A DNA stretch of 64,000 bases, from contig CAVTBU010000008.1 in the NCBI GenBank assembly GCA_963733035.1, forward strand, positions 1-64,000. The letters are read 5' to 3'. The DNA comes from Pirellulales bacterium. GTDB lineage: Bacteria; Planctomycetota; Planctomycetia; Pirellulales; PALSA-1355. Positions 1 to 8,352 of this stretch are shown in pieces; the first letter of the stretch is position 1; each line of letters begins with the position of its first letter. Position numbers and translations under genes: made by a program. The notes under the pieces are model-generated. The model saw only the letters and a program-made list of their open reading frames with translations, was not told where the DNA came from and made no database searches.

Positions 1-1587
1 GGGGATCATGGCGACGCGAAAGCCGACCCAAGGCTTCATAAGTGTCGGGTAGGCGAAGTCGATGAACCGCGCCGAGGACGCCAAATCGAGAACGGAGCTG
101 GTGTTGAACGAACCGCCCCGCAAACCCCGTACCACACCGTTAATCAACGTGTCGTTCCATTCTTCGATGTTGCCTCCCTGGTCGAGCGTGCCGTACGGGC
201 TAGCCGACGACGCGAAATGCCCCACCTCGGTCAAATATGAGCTGGCGAAATTAGCGTTGTTGCCTGCATCAACGTAGGCATTCGACGGATAGGTGTCGCT
301 AGAGGTTGGAAACGTAAAATACGAGCTTGTGCTCGGGTCATAGTAGGCTGCCTTGTACCACTCGTCCTCGCTGGGAATAACGATTCTCGCGTCGGAATTA
401 CGCGTCACCGCGAGAAGCGCGGCGTCCGTGATCGCTCCGTTGAGCGTATACGCGCCGTCTTCTGTTGAGGCTGCGTTTTGCGGCACGGCGGGACCACCCA
501 GCCCAGGCTGTCCGTTTTGCAACCAGTTGGCAAAACGGGCCGCGTCGCCCAAAGTAACCCAATTCTCCGGCAGGTTGTCATAGCCCGCCTTCGCGGCATA
601 ACTGTAGCTGCCCGGAATGCCGCTTCGCGTGATGCCACCGTCAAGTGGGTATAAGCCGTAGGTATCGGTCGCCGCCACAGAATTCAAGAACTCGACATAT
701 TGGCTAGTCGTGACTTCAAACTTGTCGATGCTGTAATTGTAAGCCACCGACCCATAGCCAGTCGTCCCATCGTTCATGATCGTTGTGTCTGCCGGATTGC
801 CCGGATTGCCAATTGGCACCCAATCAATCGTAACGGCAGAGGCCGACGACACTACGCAAAACAAAAGCACAAGTGATATTCCAAGCGAGCGCATCACATT
901 CCGCCATCGCTTTCGCTGAACGAATCCTAAAGGAATCAGTGCAAGCGCGGCGAGGGCATACGTTGAGGGCTCGGGGACGAGCGCCAATGTCTCGATCCCG
1001 AAGGCAATGGAAGTCGGCGTTTCAATTCTCAGTGCCCCACCAGGATAGTTCAACAGACCAGTGTAAATTGAAAGAAAAAAATACGGTTCAAATATCGGTG
1101 ACACAATGAAAGTAGGCAGTTGGCTCAAGTCACTTGGCAGGTCGCCGAGAAAGTAGTTTTCAAGTGTAACCGAAAGATCGCCGGAACCGGAATCGGGTTC
1201 GTACGACCACCCGCCGCCACCCAGGTCAGTTGACAAGAATGTCTCGTCGAATTTTACCGTGCCTGGTAACTGTCCTGGTGCCTGCGTCGACAAGACGATT
1301 ATTCCCGGGAGTGTCGATTGTAGGATCAGACCGTTGGCCTCAACCGTCAAGTTGCTCGGCGGAAGGCTTTGCTGAAACTCGGTCACGGTTGGAGACAATG
1401 GGTCCGCAACCGCCGACGTGTCGATTGAGAATGTACCGCTAAACGGCATTCCAATCGGTATCGGTTCGACCGACGACGCTGTGACCGTCCCCGAGAACGC
1501 GTATGTGATGGTGCCTGCCCAAGCCGCATCGTGCGACGTTATGGCGATTCCAAATCCAATCACCGCTAGCGCCAGTATCGGACGCAT
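1..1587 (-). CDS. Secreted two-module protein: N-terminal PEP-CTERM module, internal sorting signal, then SUMF1/FGE-sulfatase-family domain; runs off the left edge
   Basis: Manual translation from ATG 1587 (GAGGA RBS just upstream) is open to base 1. Signal peptide MRPILALAVIGFGIAITSHDAAWAG, then internal VPEPSTYALAALALIPLGFVQRKRWR, then VTIDWVPIGNPGN..FEVT..YVEFLN..IPSEDEWYKAAYY..DQGGNIEEW..RGGSF..GFRVAMIP. Absent from the ORF track because there is no stop in the window. Confidence 0.85.
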   Translation of the reverse strand, partial: MRPILALAVIGFGIAITSHDAAWAGTITYAFSGTVTASSVEPIPIGMPFSGTFSIDTSAVADPLSPTVTEFQQSLPPSNLTVEANGLILQSTLPGIIVLSTQAPGQLPGTVKFDETFLSTDLGGGGWSYEPDSGSGDLSVTLENYFLGDLPSDLSQLPTFIVSPIFEPYFFLSIYTGLLNYPGGALRIETPTSIAFGIETLALVPEPSTYALAALALIPLGFVQRKRWRNVMRSLGISLVLLFCVVSSASAVTIDWVPIGNPGNPADTTIMNDGTTGYGSVAYNYSIDKFEVTTSQYVEFLNSVAATDTYGLYPLDGGITRSGIPGSYSYAAKAGYDNLPENWVTLGDAARFANWLQNGQPGLGGPAVPQNAASTEDGAYTLNGAITDAALLAVTRNSDARIVIPSEDEWYKAAYYDPSTSSYFTFPTSSDTYPSNAYVDAGNNANFASSYLTEVGHFASSASPYGTLDQGGNIEEWNDTLINGVVRGLRGGSFNTSSVLDLASSARFIDFAYPTLMKPWVGFRVAMIP

Positions 1588-1729
1588 TAGGGTCCTCACA
1601 TAGTTACAACTGAACCAGAACGCCGAGAGAAAGCAGCCCAGGTTGCGGGCGGCTTAAGGTTGAGAGGCTAGGACGTTAGCTGTTCTCTGGTTCAATGGCC
1701 GGCCAAGCGCGGCCGTGGCGGTAGCCGCG

Positions 1730-1758
1730 ATTATAGTCAGCCCACGAGTGGGGTGCAA
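1730..1758 (-). promoter_or_regulatory. Sigma70-type promoter for the PEP-CTERM ORF
   Basis: Minus strand TTGCAC-17 nt-TATAAT, about 140 nt upstream of ATG 1587. Confidence 0.6.
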
Positions 1759-1800
1759 GCGAATGCGCCCCGTGGCTTACGGGCGGACCATCATCCAACG

Positions 1801-2073
1801 CTAAGACGTAGAGGTGTCGTCGCCGGATGCTGCCGAAGATTCACTCGGCCGTGAACGCGGAATGACAGTGGACATAGCCGATGCAATTACGGACCCGGCA
1901 ATTGCAAGCAGAATCGCAATGCCAAGAATCCAGTCTCGTGCAAGGATGGCACGAGCGATCGCTAAGAGCAGACCAACAGCAATCAGCGCCCCCGCGCCCG
2001 CCATTGCTAAGCTGGGCCTTTGCTTTAATTTCAAAACGGCTTTAGGAGCTTCGTACGGGTTGTCGGCGCTCAT
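1801..2073 (-). CDS. Small two-TM membrane protein with N-terminal NPY motif
   Basis: MSADNPYEAP followed by two hydrophobic helices; the start could be 2094. Confidence 0.65.
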   Translation of the reverse strand: MSADNPYEAPKAVLKLKQRPSLAMAGAGALIAVGLLLAIARAILARDWILGIAILLAIAGSVIASAMSTVIPRSRPSESSAASGDDTSTS

Positions 2074-2539
2074 TTGCGACGGCTCTGGGCTCATGTGACC
2101 ATTCTATCAGGTCCTCCCCACGGGTCCTTCCTGGCGACTTGAATCCTCGACGCCACCGGGAACACCCGCGATATGAGACTCTCTTTCTTTAGTTGACAAA
2201 TTGCCCGATTTGCTCCACTAACCGCTTCCCTGTAACCTGTGAAGAATTCCACATCGCCCTACGAGAGCCTTTTTGATGACAGTCTGCATTGCGGCGATCT
2301 GTGAAAACGGTAAGTCCATTGTCATGGCGGCCGACCGTTTTCGATGGCACCCCACCGCCAACATTGAAGCCGAAGTTGACGAGTCGAAGTATCGTTTCCT
2401 CAGCGATCAAATGGCGCTAATGGGGTCCGGGAACAGTCACAGCGTTGAAGCAGTCCTCCGGCGAGCGAGGACTGCGGTCGCAGGGCTTTCGGCGGTCGAC
2501 GCGGCCGCGAGAATTCTTGACGCATGTCAAGCTGTGCGA

Positions 2540-3943
2540 GATTGAGCAACCGTTTTTCTGTAAAAGCTTCGGGAGCTTGTTTGGGGTGGGCTAGTTGGTT
2601 TCCAGGTTGAGGTAGATTTTTCCGGTTTCCCAGTCTTCGCTGGTTTCTTGGAGGATGGCGGTGACGAGCCGCAGGAGCGAGGCCTCGTTGGGGAACAGCG
2701 TGGCGACGCGGGTGCGGCGTTTGATTTCTTCGTTGAGGCGCTCCAGCGGATTGCTCGTGCGCAGCCGGCGGCGATGTTCGGCCGGCAAGGCGAACACGGT
2801 CAGTCCTTCGGGCACGTTGGCTTCCAGCCAGGTGGCCAGCTTCGGCGCGGTGGTCTGGTACTTCTGAACCAGCACGCCCAGTTGCCGCTCGGCCTCGCCG
2901 CGATCGGGCGCGTCCCACACGCCGCGCAGATCGCGAGCCACCTCGCGCCGCATCGGCAGTTTCGGCACGTAGTGCAGCGCGTTTTGCATCAGGTGGAACT
3001 GGCAGCGTTGCCAAGGGACGCTGGGGAAGCAAGCCCGGCGTGCCTGGCCCAGCCCGGCGTGATCGTCGCTGGTGATCAGCCGCACGCCGTGCAGACCGCG
3101 GTCGATGAGCGAGGAGAGGAACGAACGCCAGTGCACCTCGGCCTCGGAGAGCGAGACGCTGACTCCCAGGATCGAACGCCGGCCATCGGGCGTGACACCG
3201 ATCGCGATCAGCACCGCGCAATCGACGACGCTGCCGCCGTGGCGAACTTTTTCGTAACGGGCATCGAGGATCAGGTACGGCGTCGCGCCCAGCGGCCGCT
3301 TGCGCCAAATCTCCAGCTCGGCATCGAGCTGCTCGGCCGCCCGGCTGACCTGCATGCTGGAGACCTCACAGCCGCACAACTCGCGGGTGATCTCGGCCAC
3401 CTTGCGCGTCGAGACGCCTTGCACGTACATCTCGGCCAGGGCCAGCTTCAAGGCCCGTTCGCTGCGTTCGCCGCGTTCGAGCGCCGACGGGTAGAACTCG
3501 ACGCCACGGGTTTGGGGCACCTGCAAGTGTAACTTGCCGAGACGGCTGGTGATGGTCTTGGGCTTGAAGCCGTTGGCATAACCGAGTCGCGTTTCGGTGC
3601 GTTCATAAGGGGAGGCGCCCAGCACCGCGGAGCGTTCGAGCTTCATCGCTTCGTTGAACAGGGTTTCGAGTGCCTGAGCCATGCCTTCGAATCCGTGCTC
3701 GGCCAGGAGGTGGACAACTTCGTCGCGGGCGTTAGATTGATCGTGGTGGGCCATGGGGGCGAACTCCTTTCGTTTTGCGTAGAGAACAAAATCAAAAGGA
3801 AACCACCTTGGCCCACCCCTTTCAAGCTCGTCGCCGCGTGTGAGGCCTGGCTCCGCTTCGGCTCGCTGACGCTCGCCTTCGCTCCGCCAAGCCTCACACG
3901 CGAATTCCTTGAGTGCTGTTTACAGAAGAAACGTTACACCAAC
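2540..3943 (-). mobile_element. Complete IS256-family insertion sequence, 1404 bp
   Basis: 8-bp direct repeat CTGTGCGA at 2532-2539 and 3944-3951; imperfect 25-bp terminal inverted repeats GATTGAGCAACCGTTTTTCTGTAAA vs GTTGGTGTAACGTTTCTTCTGTAAA (reverse complement of the right end). Confidence 0.93.
2591..3754 (-). CDS. IS256-family (Mutator-type DDE) transposase
   Basis: 387 aa; MYVQGVSTRKV, LILDARYEK, ITSDDHAGL, WQRCQFH, RTSNPLERLNEEIKRR motifs. Confidence 0.96.
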   Translation of the reverse strand: MAHHDQSNARDEVVHLLAEHGFEGMAQALETLFNEAMKLERSAVLGASPYERTETRLGYANGFKPKTITSRLGKLHLQVPQTRGVEFYPSALERGERSERALKLALAEMYVQGVSTRKVAEITRELCGCEVSSMQVSRAAEQLDAELEIWRKRPLGATPYLILDARYEKVRHGGSVVDCAVLIAIGVTPDGRRSILGVSVSLSEAEVHWRSFLSSLIDRGLHGVRLITSDDHAGLGQARRACFPSVPWQRCQFHLMQNALHYVPKLPMRREVARDLRGVWDAPDRGEAERQLGVLVQKYQTTAPKLATWLEANVPEGLTVFALPAEHRRRLRTSNPLERLNEEIKRRTRVATLFPNEASLLRLVTAILQETSEDWETGKIYLNLETN

Positions 3944-4524
3944 CTGTGCGACAAAGCCAAGCCGAAAACTTGATTTCAAAACGTATTCTAGGAGTGCGCG
4001 TCGACGAATTAAAGGCAATGTTGCCGAGTATTAACCCCGGCTCAATCGCCTTCGAACTCTACACACGAATTAGTAATTTCAATTTCGAGACCATCTTCAT
4101 ACTTTCAGCGATTGACCATGAAGGCGCACATCTTCATGTTGTAGACGATTGTTTGGATATTAGTCATACCGAGACGGCGTATACGGCTATTGGAAGCGGC
4201 GGGGTACTGGCCAGCGTGTCGATTGCCAGGAGAGGCCATCAGAAAACATGCGGACTGGCGGAAACAGTTTACAAAGTCTACGAGGCGAAAAAGACGGCAG
4301 AGCTCGCCAAATGCGTCGGAAATACAACCGATCTGAGCATTATGCGGCAGGGACAGACGCCGGTGAATGTTGGTGCCGACGTCATTGCAATTCTACGGGC
4401 GACTTATGACCGTTTGGCGCCGCCAAGTCTGTCCGAATCAGACATACAATCCATTGCGGCGGCGGTGACAAAACCGCCCGAGGGTTAGACGCGCCTGATG
4501 GAGCGAGCTCTAGGAGCCCCACCC

Positions 4525-4785
4525 ATGCCAACTTTCACCCTCACCCCCGACGAGCGCGACCAAATCCACGCCGCGCTTGCCGGCCTTACCGGCCAAGAGC
4601 GGCAACGCGCACGCCTACGTAGCCGGCTGCTACGCCTGCGCCCGGAGTTTCGCCAAATGGACAACGAGCGCAACGCGGCGCAGGGGCGGGCGCGGCATCA
4701 CGCGGATATCGAGGCCGAGCGCCGCAAGGGCTTGGAGAAGTGGAGAAGGCGAGCGGGGCGGGAGCGGGCAAAACGGTTGACTTGA
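4525..4785 (+). CDS. Hypothetical Arg-rich small protein
   Basis: ORF MPTFTLTPDER.. preceded by an AGGAG RBS; no recognisable family. Confidence 0.45.
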   Translation: MPTFTLTPDERDQIHAALAGLTGQERQRARLRSRLLRLRPEFRQMDNERNAAQGRARHHADIEAERRKGLEKWRRRAGRERAKRLT

Positions 4786-4790
4786 GGTCC

Positions 4791-5414
4791 TTACTTTCCG
4801 GGGAGTTCGCCTCCGGATGCTGTGGCGGGTTCGCTGGGCGCTTTCTCTGCGGCGCGCTGTTCCACCGATTTTGGAAGATCGTCAAGCAGCGCCTCAGGAC
4901 CGTTCCATTTGAATACCAACTCATCCATAGAGTTATCGAGAATCGCCCGCGCAAGCTGCTCAGGCGTTTTCACGTTTACAAAGACCCGAGCTAGACGTTC
5001 ACGTTCGCGCTTGATACATCCTGCGGTATACCGCATGGCCCCCGACGACATCGCCACTCCGTCCCGATGGCCCAAGTCTTTCCTCTTTGCGTCGTCTAAG
5101 ACGAATGGCTCACGCCTAAGATTTTCGATTCCGCCATACATTTCGGCAAGCTCCGCCTTCGCTTCCGCTACCTGCTGCTTAACCTCTCTGATCTCTCCGA
5201 GAGTTAGCTTGAGGTCTCTAAGGCTGAATTCTTTTAGTCGCGCGAAGCCAGCGATGCCAAGCACCGCGACAATGATTGCCAGAGTCAGCGTGACAAATGC
5301 CGTTTCACCAATATGCCCGGCGGTCAGTAGCCAGACGCACGTTGCGCCCGCAGTGAGGCCGAATGCAACAGCAGCGATTGACGGGCCGCGATTGGGATTA
5401 GCCATAACGTCCAT
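4791..5414 (-). CDS. Hypothetical protein with two N-terminal TM helices and a coiled coil
   Basis: 207-aa ORF with a hydrophobic N-terminus, then a helical/charged domain. Confidence 0.7.
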   Translation of the reverse strand: MDVMANPNRGPSIAAVAFGLTAGATCVWLLTAGHIGETAFVTLTLAIIVAVLGIAGFARLKEFSLRDLKLTLGEIREVKQQVAEAKAELAEMYGGIENLRREPFVLDDAKRKDLGHRDGVAMSSGAMRYTAGCIKRERERLARVFVNVKTPEQLARAILDNSMDELVFKWNGPEALLDDLPKSVEQRAAEKAPSEPATASGGELPGK

Positions 5415-5494
5415 CGTATCACTCTTCAGGCTCGATGCGTGCTCTTGTCGAGCTAATTTGCGCCATCTTACCCGTCACACGCGAGACGGCCTAG

Positions 5495-5728
5495 ATGCTT
5501 AGATATTTCACGGAGACAACGAAGATTGTCGTACCTTCCACGACAAGCCCCGAACCGCTCTTACTCACCGCGCCCGAGGCCGCGAAGGCCCTCGCGCTCT
5601 CGCCCCGCAAACTCTGGTCACTCACCGCCGGGGGCGATATCCCCTCGGTGCGAATCGGCCGCGCCGTCCGCGATGCGCCCGAGGATCCTGCGCGATTCGT
5701 TCGCGGCGCAAAAGTGTCGCAGAGGTAG
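5495..5728 (+). CDS. Excisionase-like helix-turn-helix DNA-binding protein, possibly degenerate
   Basis: LLLTAPEAAKALALSPRKLWSLTAGGDIPSVRIGRAVR resembles the HTH_17/Xis pattern; lies next to a tRNA. Confidence 0.7.
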   Translation: MLRYFTETTKIVVPSTTSPEPLLLTAPEAAKALALSPRKLWSLTAGGDIPSVRIGRAVRDAPEDPARFVRGAKVSQR

Positions 5729-5737
5729 AATTTCCTC

Positions 5738-5866
5738 ATGAGCGAAATTTTCATTCATCACACGCACTTCACCATCAACTGGCCGGCAGTCATTGTTGTG
5801 GGCGTCGTTGGGTTGACGATTGCCGGTGGCTTTGCGTGGATCATCGTGGCGCGGCGCGACCGATAG
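5738..5866 (+). CDS. Putative 42-aa single-TM small protein
   Basis: MSEIFIHHTHFTINWPAVIVVGVVGLTIAGGFAWIIVARRDR*, GAGG upstream; below the ORF-track cutoff. Confidence 0.45.
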   Translation: MSEIFIHHTHFTINWPAVIVVGVVGLTIAGGFAWIIVARRDR

Positions 5867-6018
5867 GCCGGCCTTGGCGGAAACCCCCAGCGCCACCCGG
5901 CTGAGGTATTCCCAGCGTTGGCGTGCCGTGAGAAGACGGCAAGAGAACCTCACCCCACGTTTCGCAAATGGAAGCGCCAGGCGAAGCCTTACAAGCTGAT
6001 GCCAGCTAGCATTATAAG

Positions 6019-6090
6019 AGGCGCCGGTGGGAGTCGAACCCACGATGGCGGATTTGCAATCCGCTGCCTTAGCCTCTTGGCGACGGCGCC
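6019..6090 (-). tRNA. tRNA-Cys (GCA)
   Basis: GGCGCCGTCGCCAAGAGGCTAAGGCAGCGGATTGCAAATCCGCCATCGTGGGTTCGACTCCCACCGGCGCCT folds as a cloverleaf; anticodon GCA, U discriminator, CCA not encoded. Confidence 0.97.
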
Positions 6091-6102
6091 TTCGACGGTC
6101 GT

Positions 6103-6131
6103 AAACTAAAAAATCGTTGGGTTTAGGTCAA
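6103..6131 (-). promoter_or_regulatory. Putative tRNA promoter
   Basis: Minus strand TTGACC-17 nt-TAGTTT immediately upstream of the tRNA. Confidence 0.45.
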
Positions 6132-6319
6132 GGTCATCCTTCTGGGGCTTTGGGCGATTCGGGTCGACCAGCCCCGGCGGCTCCCCGCCCACTGAAGACT
6201 ATCGGCTCTTCGGCTCGATGCTCTACATAAGTCGTCGCCTGTTGGCCAAGCCGGCCGACGCAAGCAACGCCTTCATTCTTCGCTGAGATACGAGCAAAGG
6301 CAAAAAGGAGTTTGCCAAC

Positions 6320-6658
6320 ATGGGCATCTGGAGTTTCTTCGAGCGGCGGCGGACAGCCCGCATAGCGGCCATGATTGCGAGCGAAGTTGCCCAGCGGAGC
6401 GTCGGCCCCGTGCTCGGCCGTGTGCGCAGGCGCGCGGCCTCGATGCGCAACGCCGAAGCCCGCGGTTACGTGCGGGCTCGTTCGCTGGAAATCGTGCACC
6501 GCGAGCTGGCTGCGTTGCAAAAAGGGCGCGAAAAGCTCGCCCCGGCGGTCACCACCGAAATCGTCAGCCTGGCGACCGAAGCGGTGATCGTTCGCGTGCT
6601 GGCCGAACTCCGCAGCGCCCCAGCCGAAAGCCGCGGTTCCGAGCGCCGCGCCGCCTAG
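6320..6658 (+). CDS. Hypothetical protein
   Basis: 112-aa ORF with an AAGGAG RBS and host-like codon use. Confidence 0.65.
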   Translation: MGIWSFFERRRTARIAAMIASEVAQRSVGPVLGRVRRRAASMRNAEARGYVRARSLEIVHRELAALQKGREKLAPAVTTEIVSLATEAVIVRVLAELRSAPAESRGSERRAA

Positions 6659-6764
6659 CAGCCCGGCGAAGAGTCGGACCGCTTGCCATCCGGGGCTGGG
6701 CGCGGTTTAGTGGAGCGGTCGTCCTCGCCGTTTCCGCAGCCGCGCCTTGCCCCACAGGTTTCCG

Positions 6765-7684
6765 ATGCCCCCGCCCGCTCCGCAGCGCAATCTCGCAGGT
6801 GTGCTGTGCGTGTTTCAAACGCCGTACTCGCCTGACGAGTCGATCGACTACGACACGCTGCAAGCCGAGATCGAATGGCTTTACGATCGCGGCGCCGACG
6901 GCATCGTGCTGGCCATGGTGTCGGAAGTGCTGCGACTGTCGAGCTCTGAGCGCCTGCAGCTCGCCGAAGCCGCCTGCCGATTCGGCGGCCAGCGCGGCGT
7001 GGTGATTGTCAGCGTGGGCGCCGAAAGCAGCCACACGGCCGAAGCATTTGCACGGCATGCCCAGCAAATTGGCGCCGACGCGGTGATGGCCGTGCCGCCA
7101 GTCGCGGTCACCCTGACCGAGGAGCAACTGCTGGATTACTATCGGCGGATCTTGCGCCGATCGAGATTCCCGTCATCGTGCAGGACGCCAGCGGTTATGT
7201 GGGCCGCCCGCTCCCCATTTCACTGCTGGCCCGACTGCTCGACGAGTATGGCGAGCGCGTGCTCTTTAAACCCGAAGCCACTCCCATCGGGCCCCGGCTT
7301 TCGGAGTTGCTCGCCGCAACAGGGGGCCGGGCTCGCGTTTTTGAAGGAACCGGCGGAATCGCGCTGGTCGACAGCTTCAAGCGCGGCATCGTCGGCACCA
7401 TGCCCGGGGCCGACCTGGTCGACGGCATCGTCGCGCTCTGGCGGGCCCTCATCGCCGGCGACGAAGCCAGGGCCTATCGCGTTTGGCTACCGCTTGCCGC
7501 GTTGGTCTCGCTACAGCACAGCCTCGATGCATTTCTGGCCATCGAAAAGTATCTGCTCGTCAAGCAAGGGATCTTCAAAAACGCCGTCGTGCGCGGGCCC
7601 GTGGGTTACACGCTCGACGAGCCGACCCGTCTGCAAGTCGATCGCCTGTTCGAGCTGCTCACAAGCGAGGTCGCCCAGCAGTAA
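6765..7684 (+). pseudogene. Dihydrodipicolinate synthase (DapA)-family aldolase, frameshifted near 7155-7160
   Basis: N-half (TPYSPDESIDY, VSVGAES, GADAVMAVPP) is in frame 6747 and C-half (IPVIVQDASGY, LFKPEA, GTMPG) in frame 7178; single-base offset, possibly a sequencing error. Confidence 0.8.
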
Positions 7685-7711
7685 TCGCGCCACGTGGTTT
7701 GCACGGCGCGT

Positions 7712-7757
7712 AAAAAGAAACCGGGCCGGCGACGCCTGGCCGCCGACCCGGACTTTC
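7712..7757. terminator. Probable bidirectional intrinsic terminator
   Basis: GC-rich hairpin CCGGGCCGGCG..CGCCGACCCGG with an A-run on the left and TTT on the right, between convergent genes. Confidence 0.6.
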
Positions 7758-7794
7758 CGTTCACTAACTGCCTGCTTGCAAATTGCCGCGTCGG

Positions 7795-8352
7795 CTATTT
7801 GGCCGCCGTGGCGGTCTTCGTTTCGGCCAGACCGATCACGCCCAGGCCCACGCGCGGACCGGCGTCGCCAGCCGGTTGACTCTTCAGGTCGTCGACGCCG
7901 CCATGGACGACAATCGAGCGGCCCAGGAGGTGATGCAAGTTGGTCTTTTCGGCTTTCACGTTCACCTTGGCCACGCCGTTGGCGTCGGCTTCGATGTTGC
8001 CCAAGTCGCCGACGTGATGTTCCTTCGACGCAGGGCCGCCGTGCGGGTGACCGTCCGGATTGTAATGGCCACCGGCGCTGGTGCCGTCCGCGGCGCGGAG
8101 ATCGCCATACATATGAATGTGGAAACCGTGCTTGCCCGGTTTCAAGCCAGTGACTTCACCGGTAACAAGCACGTAACCGTGCTCCTGCGTCAACGTGATC
8201 ACGCCGCCCGTGTCGCTCTTGCTGGCCTTGGTCGGCACGATGACCGCCACGGCTTCCTTAATGGCATCGGCCTTGTGATGATCGTCAGCCTGTACGTTGG
8301 CGACCAGCAGGCTCGCCAACACGGCTGAGGCAGTCAATAGAGTCGTCTTCAT
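7795..8352 (-). CDS. sodC: Cu/Zn superoxide dismutase, exported
   Basis: Signal peptide; GFHIH, SAGGHYNP, HVGDLGNI, SIVVH, GPR..GVI motifs. Confidence 0.95.
   Translation of the reverse strand: MKTTLLTASAVLASLLVANVQADDHHKADAIKEAVAVIVPTKASKSDTGGVITLTQEHGYVLVTGEVTGLKPGKHGFHIHMYGDLRAADGTSAGGHYNPDGHPHGGPASKEHHVGDLGNIEADANGVAKVNVKAEKTNLHHLLGRSIVVHGGVDDLKSQPAGDAGPRVGLGVIGLAETKTATAAK

Larger units (their letters stand above)
2276..4488 (+). pseudogene. Proteasome beta-subunit-like Ntn (Thr) hydrolase interrupted by IS256
   Basis: 5' part 2276-2539 (MTVCIAAICENGKSIVMAADR..SK..MGSG) and 3' part 3952-4488 (..YTAIGSGG..YEAKKTAE..VGNTTD) join in frame into 266 aa when the IS and one target copy are removed. 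Confidence 0.8.

Noticed and set aside
1..130. FGE/C-type-lectin-fold C-terminus as a DGR variable region
   Set aside because: No reverse transcriptase and no template-repeat copy seen in the window; cannot be excluded beyond the left edge
6747..8153. 468-aa ORF as a genuine long protein
   Set aside because: Only the first ~135 aa are DapA-like; the rest is out-of-frame read-through after the frameshift and overlaps sodC
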